DNA of 64,000 nucleotides from Malacoraja senta (GCA_038087875.1 CM075988.1:5394001-5458000), one strand, 5' to 3'; shown: positions 51,140 to 64,000, numbered from the stretch's first letter. The notes: a model not told the origin generated them from the sequence alone. Numbers and translations are program-made.

Positions 51140-52769
51140 TTAGGCCCACCGAGTGTGTACCGACCAGCGATCCCCAACACTATTCCACATACACTAGGGA
51201 CAAATTACATTTATAACAAGCCAATTAACCTACAAACCTGTACGTCTTTGGAGTGTGGGAGGAAACCGAAGATCTCGGAGAAAAACCACGAAGGTCACAG
51301 GAGACAAGGCAATTCCAGCCAATATTGGGAAAGTGGAAACTCCCCATTACTGTTCCTTCTTCCACTTACACCTCTCTGTTCCTCTAATTTCAGCTGACTA
51401 TTGGTAATCGCAATTAGTTGAACCCCAACTAAGTTATCACCCCTCTCTTACTCCTAATTTCTACACAGATATAATCATTGGACAATCCCACCAGGACATC
51501 CTCTTTAAGTACTACCGCAATGTTTGTCCTAATTAGTTGAGACTCCCCCCCCCCCTCTTTGTATCCCCCTCTGTCATGTCTCGAACTTCAATACTTAAAG
51601 TCTCTAGTCCCGCCGTTCCCTCAACCATGTTTCTGTGATTGGAGTAACATCACAATAGGTACCGAACTACATAGACTATTATTGTTATTATTGCACTATT
51701 ATTGTTTGTTTGCTTTTTATGTGTACGTACGTGTGCATGTGTGGGTATATATATATATATTTGTGTGCAAAAGAACTGCAGATGCTGGTTTAAGTCAAAG
51801 GTAGACACAAAATGCTGGAGTAACTCAGCGGGACAGGCAGCATCTCTGGAGAGGAATGGGTGAAATTTCAGGTCGAGACCCTTCTTCACTCACACACATG
51901 CACATATTATATATATATATATACATTTATAATATCTGTGTGTAAATGTGAATATGCTTCCAAGATGGCGCCCAACCCAGACGACTATTTGTATGCTAGC
52001 CACAGAACCTGATAATCAAATTCATACTACAATCGCTCTACCCTCTTAAATCTCTACTCCTACAGCAATCTAAATGGATTGATTGTAATCATGTATTGTC
52101 TTTCCCCTGACTGGTTAGCATGCAACAAAAAGCTTTTCACTGTACACGTGACAATAAACTAAACTGAACAGAACCGATGTGTATATATCCACACAATGAA
52201 CCTTTTGTTCTTGTTTATTATATTGTTTACAGTGTTACTATGTTTATATCTTCTGTTGTGCTGCTGCAAGTAAGTATTTCATTGTTCTAACTGGGACATA
52301 CAACAATAAATCACTCTTGACTTGCCTCTTGGTGCCAGGTGCTGATCCATGCTCTAAGTTCATCTGATCTACCTGTAAGGCTTCTTGCATTAAAGTAAAT
52401 GCAATTGATTCTGCCAGCCCTCCCGTTCTCCCTAACCTGCCTCTGAACGTTCTACCTGCTCGACTAGCTTGATGTATCCTCTATATTCTGTCTCCCCACC
52501 TGCTGCACTGCTGTTATTCTCCCCCCCCCCCCCCACCTCCCACCCGGCTAAATTAGTTTAATTCCTCCAGTGTATCATGAGCAAACTAACCTACACGAAT
52601 ATAGATCCCCTTCCAATCTAAGTGGAGCCCATCCTTCTTGTACTACTCCTACATACCCAATAAACCAGCCGGCCGGGCCTAATACCTAAAGTCTTTGCCC
52701 CTGAACCAGCTCTTTAGCCATGCATCCATCAGTCTTATCCTAATTCCTCTCCCACCATCATGTCACACA

Positions 52770-53000
52770 AGGACCAGGCTCGGCAATGTTTCGCTGAACA
52801 CCTACACTTGGTCCGCCAAGGACTACAGGTTCTCAGGGTTGCCAACCATCCCCTCCCCATTCCCACTCTGACCTTTCTGTCCTGGGCCTCCTCCACTGCC
52901 AGAGCGAGGCCACATGCAAGTTGGGGGAACAGCACCTCATATTTCTCTTGGGAAGCTTACAACCCAGCGGTATGAACATTGAATTCTTTATTTGTAAGTA
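52770..53000 (+). mobile_element. Degenerate Penelope GIY-YIG fragment
   Basis: FAEHL..VR....VANH...GMNIEF pattern. Confidence 0.7.
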
Positions 53001-54007
53001 ACTTTATTTAAAACTCCCTTTCCCTCCCCCCTTCCTCCCCCAGAGTATATTTTACCCATTCCTCAGTTGTCCACATTGTTTCTCTTGAGAAACTAGCCCC
53101 CTAGCCAACCATGGACTTACCAGGCAATGCCCTGCCTGAGGTCATTTGTGACTGGCCCTGATTAGGACCCTGAAGTTTCGGAATGTTAATCATTTGCGCG
53201 ACTCCTAAATTGATTCTGTAGTCAATTAATTTCTCTTTCTACCTATTTTGTTTGCCCTGATGTGAATGCTTTTGATGAGAATTGTTTTGCACAGGTTTTA
53301 ATGACATTTCACCCATTTCTAAGTGACATTCTGCTCGGCCATATGTTGGACCCATGGGAATCATTTCCTCAGCATCTCACACACAATGAATCATCTGCAT
53401 GCACTCAATAAGGCACAAAGTGCTGGAGTAACTCAGCGGGTCAGGCAGCATCACTGGAGAACACGAATAGGCGACGTTCTGGGTCGGGACCCTTCTTCAC
53501 ACTGATGTTGGTGGGGGGTGAGAAGGGGGGGGGGGCTGTAAGAAACTGGAAGCTAGGAGGGGCAGGACAAAACCTGGCAAGTAATAGGTGAACACAGGTG
53601 AGGGGGGGGGGGATTATGGTCAGATAGTTATAGGTCAAAGACCAGGGATGAGAAGGCAGAAGGACTGAAGAGTTGTAAATTGTGAAGCTAGAGGAAGGAA
53701 TGTAGGTGGAAGGGGAGAGGAGTTGTCAGTGAGTTGGAGCAAAGACCCATAACCTATGTCTTTTATTCACAGTAATAAAACAAGCAATGGGCCCCACTTT
53801 AAGTGGCCACGCATGCATGCCTTAAATGACAATGCCATTACTTCTACTTTTGCTGCCCCCAATAGTTTGCCTGACTGATCATGAATGTGAGGTTAAACTG
53901 TTGTCCCCTCAGGCAGCATGTGTGAAGAGAGAGTTAACATTCCAGTTAAATATCCTTCGTCGGAACTGGGAAAGTGTGAACACAAGTTAACATTAGGTTG
54001 CAGAATG

Positions 54008-54330
54008 GGTTTAGTTTAGTGATATAGCACAGAAACAGGCCCTTCGGCCCACCGGGACCGCACGGACCAACGAGCCCCGCACATTAACACTACCCGACTC
54101 ACACTGGGGACAATTTTTTTCGGACACTTAACCTACATTTTTTAGTCCAATTAACGTACAAACCTTTGTACATTTTGGAGTGTGGGAGGAAACCGAAGAT
54201 CTTGGAGAAAACCCACGCAGTCATGGGGAGAACGTACAAACTCCGCACAGACAGCAACCGTAGTCTGGCTTGAACCCGAGTCTCTGGCACTGTAAGATAG
54301 CAACTCTAGCGCTGCGCCACCGTGCCGCCC
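54008..54330 (-). mobile_element. HE1/V-SINE copy
   Basis: Tail ACAGGCCCTTCGGCCCACC through head CGCTGCGCCACCGTGCCGCCC. Confidence 0.85.
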
Positions 54331-54727
54331 AGTTGGGCTGTGGGGTGTATGGGTTAAACAAAGTGAATGTATTGATACCAAGATTACCCAGGTAGTTACC
54401 AAGCTATCTGGTTAACAGATTAGTGAGGTGCTACTGGACAAAGAGATGAATAAAGGGTTAAAGCTGTGGAAGCAATTTATAGTTAATTCTGAAACCTGAA
54501 AGCAACACTTCTCCCTGTACCTCCTCCCTCACCTCCATGGAGGGACCTCAGCAGCCCTTAGAGGTGAGTCAAAACAATTTGTTTTTAATGTAGGAAGGAA
54601 ATGCAGATGCTGGTTTAAACCAAAGATAGACACAAAATGCTGGAGTAACTCAACAGGTCAGACAACATCTCTGGAGAGAAGGAATAATTTGTGTGTCTGT
54701 TTTGTGAATTAAAAGTGTGTTGGGTTA

Positions 54728-56085
54728 TGAATGAATGAATAAGTCTATTGGCCAAGTATGTACACATACAAGGAATTTGTCTTGGTGCTCTGCTCGTAAG
54801 TAACAACACGACACACAGTAACAATTAAGAATGAAATATTAAACATAAAATTTCAGAATAAAACATTATAGTTTAAACATGTGAATGAAATAAAATACCA
54901 GAGCAAAAGGAGGCTACAGACTTTTGGTTATTGAGTAGAGCTACTACTCGTGGAACAAAAGCTGTTTTTATGTCTGGCTGTGGCAGCTTTGACAGTCCGG
55001 AGTCGCCTTCCAGAGGGAAGTGATTCAAAGAGTTTGTGGCCAGGGTGAGAGGGGTCAGAGATGATCTTACCCGCTCGCTTCCTGGCCCTTGCAGTGCACA
55101 GTTCGTCAATGGAGGGAAGGTTGCTGCCAACAACCTTCTCGCTGCAGCCTCCGGATGTCGTGCTCGGTGGCTGAGCCAAACCAGACCACGATGGAGAAGG
55201 TGAGGACAGACTCTACGATGGCCGTATAGAATTGGACCATCATTGGCTGTGGCAGATTGTGTTTCCTCAGCTGCTGCAAGAAGTACATCCTCAGTTGGGC
55301 TTTATTGACTGTAGAGTCGATGGTGGCCCCCCCATTTAAGGTCCTTGAAGATGATGGTGCCAAGGAACTTAAAGGACTCCACAGATGTGACTGCGGTGTT
55401 GTTGATGGTGAGTGGGGTGAGGGGAGGGGGAGCTCACCTAAAGTCTACGATCAATTCCACCGTCTTAAGAGCATTGAGCTCCAGGTTGTTACGACGGCAC
55501 CAGGACGCCAGCTGTGACACTTCCTGTCCGTAGGCAGATTCCTCCCCATCCTGGATCAGTCCAATCAGGGTTGCGTCATCCGCAAACTTCAGAAGCTTGA
55601 CAGAGGAGTCAGTGGAGGAGCAGTCATTGGTGTAGAGAGAGGAGAGGAGAGGAGAGAGTACGCAGCCTTGTGGTGCTCCTATGCTGAGAGGCTGTGGGTC
55701 CGAGATGAGCTTTCCCAGCCTCACATGCTGCTTCCTGTCTGTCAGGAAGTTGGTGATCCACTGACAGAGGGGTTCAGGCACAGTCAACTGGGAGAGTTTG
55801 GAGTGTAGTAGCTCTGGCACAATGGTGTTGAATGCAGAGCTAAAATCCACAAACAAAATCCTTGCATAGGTCCCCTGGCGGTCTAGGTGCTGGAGGATGA
55901 AGTGCAGGCCCAGGTTGACTACGTCAGCCACTGATCTATAGGCCCAGTGTGCAAACTGCAGGGGGTCCAGCAGGGGGTTTGTGATATTTTTCAGGTGGGT
56001 CAGCACGTCTTTCAAGGGTCTTCATGACTACAGATGTCAGTGTGACAGGCCTGTAGTCATTAAGATCAGTAATCCTTGTCTTTTA
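54728..56085 (-). mobile_element. Rex1/Babar-clade LINE, RT domain remnant
   Basis: LDPLQFA, RILFVDFSSAFNTI, GAPQGCVLSPLL, KFADD, LN..KT.ELIVDFR; (ATTC)n tail. Confidence 0.95.
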
Positions 56086-58473
56086 GATCCTCGTCTATTA
56101 ATCCAGTAATCCTTGCCTATTAATAGAAATACAATGAAATGGATCAGAAAATCTGCCATTCGGTGCCACCACAGACCTCACCACGCTAGATATGAACTGC
56201 ACAGCACAGAAAGAGATGCCTTCGGCCCACAATGTCCATGCCGAACATAAAGCCAAGATAAATTAATCTCATCAGCCTGCAGATGATCCATATCCCTCCT
56301 TTTCATGCATGCCCATGTGCCTATCTAAATGACCCTTAAACACCATTATTATCTCTGCCTCCACCATCCCCTCTGGCAGTGCATTCCAGGCACCCACCAC
56401 CCTCTAAGTATAACACTTGCTCTGCACATCTCCTTTAAACATTGCCCCTCTTACTAGTGGGACTAGTATAGCTGGGACACGTGAAGGAAAGAACTGCAGA
56501 TGCTGGTTTAAATCGAAGCTAGACACAAAATGCTGGAGTAACTCAGTGAGACAGGCAGCATCTCTGGAAAAAAGGAATGGGTGACATTTTGGGTCGAAAC
56601 CCTTCTTCAGACTGATGTCAGGGGAGTGGGTGGTACAGAGATAAAATGTAGTCATGGACAGTAAGTCTGGTCAGAAAACGGGAGGGAATGGAGATTGATA
56701 GTAAGACCCCCTCCCAGGTACAACTCGTCCCTTCCCACCCAAACCACCCCCTCCCCAGGTACTTTCCCCTGCAACCGCAGGAGATGCAACACCTGTCCCC
56801 TATACCTCCCCCCTCAACTCCATCCAAGGACCCCGACAGTCTTTTCAGGTGAGGCAGAGGTTCACTTGCTCCTCTGTACACTGCAAGGGCCAGAAAGCGA
56901 GCAGGTGAGATAATCTCTGACCCCTCTCACCCTGGCCACAAACTCTTTGAATCACTTCCCCCTTTTTTCCCACGAGTAGTAGCTCTACTTGGCCAATAAA
57001 CTTGTTCATTCATTCATTCATTCATCCAATCTCATCCACTGTATCTGCTGTTCCAGGTGTGGACTTGTTTATCGACGAGACCAAGCACAGGCTCGGCGAT
57101 CGTTTCGCTGAACACCTCCGCTCAGTCTGCCTAAACCTACCTGATCTCCCGGTTGTTAAACACTGTAACTCCCCCTCCAATTCCCACACTAATCTTTTTT
57201 TTTTTTTTTGATTAATATTTTTATTAGAAGCAAAGATAATATAAAGTATAGTAACATATTATAATAGGAAAAAAAACTTTTCATATACATCAATCATACA
57301 TTATTAAAATTGTCAGTTGTCAATTAATTCTGCTTCTAGTGTTTTTTTTAATATAGATAGAAAAGGAGAGGTAGAAATAAGAAAGCATTACAAATATCGA
57401 GAAAAAAAAAAGAGGTGGAATGAGTCATTCGTCATTGGAGATAAGTTCGTAGGTTATGAAATATAATTTTACATCTAATCCTGAGTTCAAGCTTCAGTTG
57501 GGTTTTCGTGCTGGGCCCATCTATCCCTTCAAATAGTTAATGAATGGAGCCCATATTTTAACAAAAAGTTCTTGTTTGTCCATCAAGACAAGTCTAATTC
57601 TTTCTAGATGTAGGGTCTCCGACATTTCCACAATCCACATTTTAATTGTGGGGGTTATAGGACCTTTCCAAAATTTTAATATTAATTTTTTCCCAGTTAT
57701 TATACTGTAGTCAAGGAAGTTTCTTTGGCTTGTTGTGAGTGTTAAACTTTGTTCTGATATCACAAGTATTATTAATTTTGAGTCTGGATCCAATTTAGTA
57801 TTAACAACTTCAGAAATTATTTCAAAATATCAATCCAGAAATTTTTGATTTTTATACAATTTGCAAAAGTATGTGTTAAGTTGGCCTCTAGATGTAAGCA
57901 TTTATCACATATAGGAGAAATATGTGGGAAGATTCTATTTAGTTTTATTTTGGAATAATGTAATCTGTGTAAGACTTTAAATTGTATTAAAGCATGTCTG
58001 GCATTTAACGAGCATTGATGTATATGTTGTAAACTTTCGTCCCAAATATCTTTCGTTATAGAGTGACCTAACTCATTTTCCCATGTGTGTCTATATAATT
58101 CCATCGGTGGTACCTCATTGTTTAAGAGGATGTTATAAATATAAGCTATTAATTTTTCAGTGTTAGGATGCTTATTCAAACATTCATCAAGAATTTCTGG
58201 TTCCCTAGTCCTATATACTTGTGTATTAGATTTAACATAATCTCTAATTTGTAGATATCTGAAAAAATTATTTGAGTGTAGTCCATAATTCTGTTGTAAC
58301 TCTTGAAATGACAGAAAGATGCCTTCCCTATAAAGATGTCCAATCTTTTTAATTCCATAATTTTTCCATTGTATAAAACCTCTATCCAATATGGATGGCT
58401 TGAATAAAGGATTATTTACAATGGGAAGACATAGTGGTATATTATTCAGTTTTAAAGCTTTTTTTAATTGTTT

Positions 58474-58617
58474 CCAAATTCGTATTCCACTATGTATTAT
58501 AGGGTTTTACGAATTCCACTATGTATTATAGGGTTTTACGAATTCCACTATGTATTATAGGGTATTTGGAATACGAATCCAAATTCGTATTCCACTATGT
58601 ATTATAGTGTTCGGTGG
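58474..58617. repeat. ~29 bp tandem repeat with short inversion at an insertion junction
   Basis: ATTCCACTATGTATTATAG x4; inverted TGGAATACGAAT. Confidence 0.9.
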
Positions 58618-59495
58618 GCGGCGCGACTCTCGTTTGCAGCGGCCTCTGCAGTCCGTCTGTCTTTTTATTATTTTTGTCTCGTTTTGATGTAGTTTTTTTT
58701 TTTTTTTTTTGTCGGGGTATGTGTGTGGGGGGGTGGGGGTGGGGTGGGGGGGGGAACTTTGAAATCTTTCCCCTGCACGGGAGACCCGACCTTTTCTTTG
58801 TCGGGTCTCCGTTGTCGTTGGGGCTGGGCAACGTGGAGCGGCCTCCAGCAGGATCGACCTGGGGCTCCAGTTGTGGAGCTGCGGACTACTCACCGTCGCG
58901 GGGCTGGCCGAGTCCGGAGCGGGTGGAGCTGTGGTGGAGACAATCGCTGCTGCGACCCGACCTCCGGAGATTCGGAGGCTACAACCGCGGGTCTGGCGGA
59001 CGGCAACACCGGAAGCCCGCGGGTCCCTGGTGGGAGACCGCTTTTCGGGGCTTCCGCAGCGGCGACTTCTCCCGCCCGAGTTGCGGGGTTGAAGAGCACC
59101 TGGAGCGGGGCTTTACATCATCGCCCCGCGCGGCTTGGAATGGCCGCCGGACTTTGCGGGCGCGCGCCGGGGCTCTAACACCAAGACCCGGTGCGCGACC
59201 CTGCATTAACCAGCGTGGCTTTAATGGCTGCGGGACAATCACCATCGCCCGCCGGGGGCTTTGACTTTCACTCTGACATCGGGGGGGGGGGAGTGCAGTG
59301 GAGAGATACGTTTTTTTTGCCTTCCATCACAGCGCTGTGATGGATGTATGTGTAAATTGTGTTGTGTCTCGGGTCTTCTTCGTTTTGTGATGTATGGCTG
59401 CAGAAACGATATTTCGTTTGGACCTCAAGGGGTCCAAATGACAAATTTGTCCAAAAAAAAAACAAACAAAAAAAAAAAGACAAATAAACAAATTG
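58618..59495 (+). mobile_element. GC-rich non-autonomous retroposon inserted in the L1
   Basis: Interrupts the L1 reading at ..KTYKE|..IIHSGIRIW; 3' stem-loop TTTGGACCTCAAGGGGTCCAAA followed by ATGACAAA and A-rich tail. Confidence 0.7.
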
Positions 59496-61661
59496 TTTTC
59501 CTTATAGGTTTTTTAATGCAATTTTGTGGGAGCAAATATAATCAAACCAATTTCAAAAGGTAAACAGTCTTCCTTTTCCATCCTTAACCAATCAGGATAT
59601 TGATCCATTTCTTCCAGCCAGAACACCAGGTGTGGACTCTTGTTTATCTTCCAATTCCAGGTGTGGACTCTTGCTTATCGACGAGACCAAGGACAGGCTC
59701 GGCGATCGTTTCGCTGAACACCTCCGCTCAGTTAGCCTAAACCTACCTGATCTCCCGGTTGGTAAACACTGTAACTCCCCCTTCAATTCCCACACTAATC
59801 TTTCTGTCCTGGGCCTCCTCCACTGTCAAAGTGAGGCCCAGCACAAATTGGAGGAACAGCACCTTATATTTTGCTTGGGCATCTTACACACCAGCGGTAT
59901 GAACATTGACTTCTCTAACTTCAAGCAGCCCTTGTTTTCCCTCCCTCTCCATCCCCTCTCCCTTCCCAGATGCTGCCTGTCCCACTGAGTTACTCCAGCA
60001 TTTTGTGTAGCTGGGACATGTTGGCCGGTGTGGGCAAGTTGGGCCGAAGAGCCTGTTTTCATGCTGATTCACTCTATGACTCAAAGAGTCTAGTTGCATT
60101 GTAACAGTCTGACTCTTATACTCAAAGCCCTGATCAATTAATTCAAGCAAACCATACATGTCCTTTCCCATTCTATCTACTTAGAGTCATATGGTCATAC
60201 AGCACAGGAAGAGGCCCTTCAGCCCCACTTGCCTATGCTGACCAAAATGTCCCAACTACATGTGCCCCAACTGCCCACATTTGGCCCATATCCCTGTAAA
60301 CTGTTCCAGTTTCTTCCACTGTTCTACTGTTTGTATCCTTGTATCCCTCCGTTATCACCTCTTCCCTAGCTGACAAAGGAACATTATGGGCTTCCCCTTC
60401 CTTGGTCATCTGTTGCCGGCCCTGCTTTGTTCTGGCCTTTTCCTCCATTCAGTCCGCTCCCCGCCCCGACCATGGGTGAACAACAGAACAACAGAGGAGG
60501 ATGACTGAACTTTGGTGCCTTCCCTCACAGTGGGAAACTTTGATTCCGCTGTGTGGGGATGTTTGTGTTAAAGACTATCGTGTTCTGTGTTCTTTTTTTA
60601 TTCGTATGGCTGTATGGTGACCACAGATTTCACTGTACCAATTGGTGCATGTGGCAAATAAATGTCTCTTGTCTTGTCTCTTGTCCCCTCTACTTTCAGT
60701 CTGAAGAAGGGTCGCGACTCGAAACATCACCCATCCTTTCCCCCCAGAGATGCTGCCTCACCTGCTGAGTTACTCCAGCACTTTGTGTCTATCTTCCCTC
60801 TAAACCTTTCCTATCATTTCTTATACATTATGTTGCCACTTTCAGAGAGTTGAGGATTTGGTCATCAAGATCCAAGATCTGTACATCAATGCTGGTATAG
60901 GTCTTGCCATGAATAATTAACTCATGGAACAATTTTTTACGTATCTTAGTCTGAATGAGAAGTCGAGCTTGCAGTGGAATCACAGGGAGAGATCCAGACA
61001 ACAAAAAGAGCATAAATTATAGATAAATTATGCAGAATATATGGGTGATTTATGTATAATTTATGCTTTTGTATGCTGTCTGAGTCTATCTGCCTGTGAT
61101 GCTGATCCAAACAAGAATTTATTTGTACCATACTTGTGCAGATGCCAATGAACTCAACTTGACTAAGCTTTTAAGACAATGGGAAGAGGTGCTATGCATG
61201 TAAGTGTGATTCTCTGTCTAAAAACTGACTGTATGATGTTGCATGACTTTGAAACACTACCGTGTTTGATGCTGCTGTTCGTTCAGTGTTGCTGGCTTGC
61301 ACAAAGGTTGTTCAGCGGATTGTTTAGTTTGGAGATACAGCAAAGAAACAGGCCCTTCGGCCCACCGAGGCCGAGCCAACCAGCGATCCCCGAACCCACA
61401 CACTAACAATACCCTGCACACACTGGGGACAATTTACAATATTAACCGAAGCCAAGTAGCTTACGAAACCTGTATGCCTTTGGAATGTGGGAGGAAACCG
61501 GAGCTCCTGGAGAAAACCCACGCTGGTCGAGTACAGACAGCACCCATAGTCAGCATTGGTCACTGGTGCTGTAAGGCAGTAGCTGCACCACTGTGTGACC
61601 CTGATAGCTATAAGTCCATTTTTTATTTCATTATGGAGCAACACAGAGTCTCCTGCAGACA

Positions 61662-62012
61662 CAGGTCCACCACCGATTTTCCAGCACCCTTGGTTCCAGA
61701 ACCATTTTTCAGTTTTGCCGGACCAACAGAGGTCACGCCCTGGGGGGGCCGTGATACCGGGCCCGCAAAGTCGGCCGCAGAGGTCGGCTATGGGATAGGA
61801 TCTGCCGGCTCCGGCCAGTCCCGAGTTCCAGAGCCCCGAGCCACTGGGGATAGATTCAACTCACCGATCAGTGCAGAAGTCCCGATGGTTCGAGATTGGC
61901 CTCCTCACCCGGCCTAGGCATCACATTTTCGGGGGGACTTCCAGGGGGGATTTTGTCCGGATTAAAGGGATGTCCAGACCACCAGTTTGCCGGAAAATAG
62001 GTGGCGGATCTG
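61662..62012. mobile_element. Tc1/mariner (pogo/Tigger-like) MITE
   Basis: ~25 bp imperfect TIRs CAGGTCCACCACCGATTTTCCAGCA / TGCCGGAAAATAGGTGGCGGATCTG; TA right flank (CA left). Confidence 0.7.
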
Positions 62013-62599
62013 TACGAGGGCTAAATGCTCACACAACAAAAGTGATGAAGTCTAGTTTTCAGGCCTCCAAGTTTGAAACAGAGAGATGGTTTAAAAGCAC
62101 GAGCAATGTCACCAACAATTGGTACCAAGATAATGACGTTAAAGTGGCAAGCTATCCCAAGACACTTCACAGCAACAACATCAAATAAAATTTGACTCAG
62201 TGTCAGTATCATTTCAGCTCTGTGGACAAAAGGAGCTCAGCCTCCGTGAAGCCATCACATGCAATTTCAAAACCCTGTCACTATTGTTGAAAATTCTTTT
62301 GATGCTGCAGAATCTGTTTCAGCTCCAGCTCTCCGCCCTTTCCTAGATGGACATCACCATCTGGTGGAAACAGAAGGAACTGCAGATAGACACGAAATGC
62401 TGGAGCAACTCAGCGGGTCAGGCACCATCTCTGGAGCGAAGGGATACGTGAGTTTCGGGTCGAAACCTTCTTCAGACTCACTGATGATTTAGATGCTGGA
62501 ATCCTGAGCAAAACACAGAGTGCTGGTGGAAATTAGCAGGTCGAGGTTAGATTAGGTTTATTACTGTCACACGTACTGAGGGCGATACACAATGTAGTG

Positions 62600-62905
62600 C
62601 GGCACGATGGCACAGATGTATAGTTGCTGTCTTACAGCGCTTACAGCACCAGAGACCCGGGTTCGATCCTGGCTAAGGGTGTTGTCTGTTCTCCCTTGAC
62701 CTGCGCGGGTTTTCTCAGAGATCTTCGGTTTCCTCCCACACTCCAAAGACGTACAGGTTTGCAGTGTAATTCGCTTGGTATAAATGTAAATTGTCCCTAG
62801 TGTGTGTAGGGTAGTGCTAATGTGCAGGGATCATTGGTTGGTGCAGACTCGGTGGACTGAAGGGCCTGTTTCTGCACTGTATTTCTGAAGTGAATTGAAC
62901 TGAAC
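62600..62905 (+). mobile_element. HE1/V-SINE copy
   Basis: GGGTTCGATCC B-box, TTCCTCCCACACTCCAAAGACG core, GAAGGGCCTGTTTC tail. Confidence 0.85.
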
Positions 62906-62929
62906 GGCAGTGAAAAGCCATTTTATAGA

Positions 62930-63200
62930 AACATAGAAAACTAGGTGCAGGAGTAAGCCATTTGGTCCTTCGAGCCAGCACCGCCATTCAATATGATCGT
63001 GGCTGATCATCTAAAATCAGTACCCGTTCCTGATTTTTCCACTAGATCCCTTGATTCCTTTAGCCAAAGAGCTAAATCTAACTCCCTCTTGAAAACATCC
63101 AGTGAATTGACCTCAACTGCCTTCTGTGGCAGATAATTCCACACATTCACAACTCTCTGGTGAAACAGTGTTTCCTCATCTCAGTTGTAAATGGCCTACC
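62930..63200 (-). mobile_element. CR1 LINE 3' fragment
   Basis: Reverse complement of the 3' UTR seen at ~4240-4510. Confidence 0.85.
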
Positions 63201-64000
63201 CATTGCATGCCATCCAAAACATATTAAATATGCTATACATACTGTAGATACAATCAATTAAAACTCAAGTGCAATCAATGGAGCACAGAGTGCAGAATGT
63301 AGTTCTCAGAATGTCGGAGATAGTTAGCCAAAGTCTTAAAGAGATTTCCTGATTCTTATACTCAATACCCTGACCAATGAAAGCAAATATACCATGTGTG
63401 TAGGAAAGAACTGCAGGTGCTGGTTTATACCGATGGTTTCTTTCCCATTCTGGGAAGTGTTGCCAATTTCGGAGAGCTGTGGATTTGGACCCCATGATCA
63501 GGCAGCATCTGTGGAGGGAATAGACCGGTGGCATCTAGGGGAAGATGGAGAAATAACATGAGCTGTCGAACTTGGATTTGGTTCCGAGTTACACGATCAA
63601 AAATTTGACGATAACTGGGATAAATCACGTCCGTGGTCATTACCAAATGAAACTGCACGTTGCAACATTGGACGAAGTTCTATGCAGCTGTGTTTCATGA
63701 TGATCTGTCATGTTTCCTGGTGTGGCTCGTCAGTCATTGCGCCAAAACCCAGACAGAAAACAATTGTTGTTACATCGACCCAAAAAGGCACGGAGCACAA
63801 TGTTCTACTTTCATCGTCAATGAAACGTTTAAAGAGTCACTATTGATGCTTGACAAGGCAGCTCCAAAACTCACTGCCTACTGCTCCTACACAGTCCAAG
63901 GCTCAAGCTACAGTCACATTGACATTCATGTCGCGATTGAAATTAATTGGGAAATATTGTCTTTTTTGATTCCTTCATGCCTGGATTAGGGGGGCATTAG

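Larger units (their letters stand above)
57198..59625 (-). mobile_element. 5'-truncated L1/Tx1-type LINE (ORF2 C-terminus) with poly(A)
   Basis: FFRYLQIRD, QFKVLHR, CDKC..A.LTH.F..C..I..FW, I.KFWK, F.KIW.PF; poly(T) at 57195-57209 on + strand. Confidence 0.92.
56500..60005 (+). mobile_element. Penelope-like element fragment split by Rex1 (~56870-57025) and L1 insertions
   Basis: PGTFPCNRRRCNTCP; ETK.RLGDRFAEH; LEEQHLIF.LG.L..SGMNIDF; inverted 5' arm with hammerhead core on minus strand ~56582-56610. Confidence 0.85.

Noticed and set aside
58555..59264. 216 aa and overlapping ORFs
   Set aside because: Lie in a GC-rich retroposon and cross homopolymer runs.

Overview
Eukaryotic, transposon-saturated non-genic DNA, most likely from a cartilaginous fish (skate, ray or shark). 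This is inferred from many HE1/V-SINE-type tRNA SINEs that share 3' tails with CR1 (HER1-type) LINE fragments. No intact host gene is recognisable. The main structure is a nest at 15.1-26.5 kb: a decayed env-like gene and 3' LTR of a retrovirus-like element (foamy/lokiretrovirus-type Env pattern), split by a Harbinger-type MITE and by a DIRS1-type element. That DIRS contains a second near-complete DIRS element, which carries a small retro-insertion in its ICR. Also present are a young, internally deleted Mag-clade Gypsy element, two internally deleted Hero-clade elements, and Rex1 and L1/Tx1 remnants (the L1 flanked by a ~148 bp duplication). There are seven Harbinger-type MITEs, hAT- and Tc1/pogo-type MITEs, and many Penelope-derived foldback elements with minimal hammerhead ribozyme cores on both strands. 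Family names come from motif recognition, not database searches. Boundaries not fixed by TSDs or TIRs are approximate.
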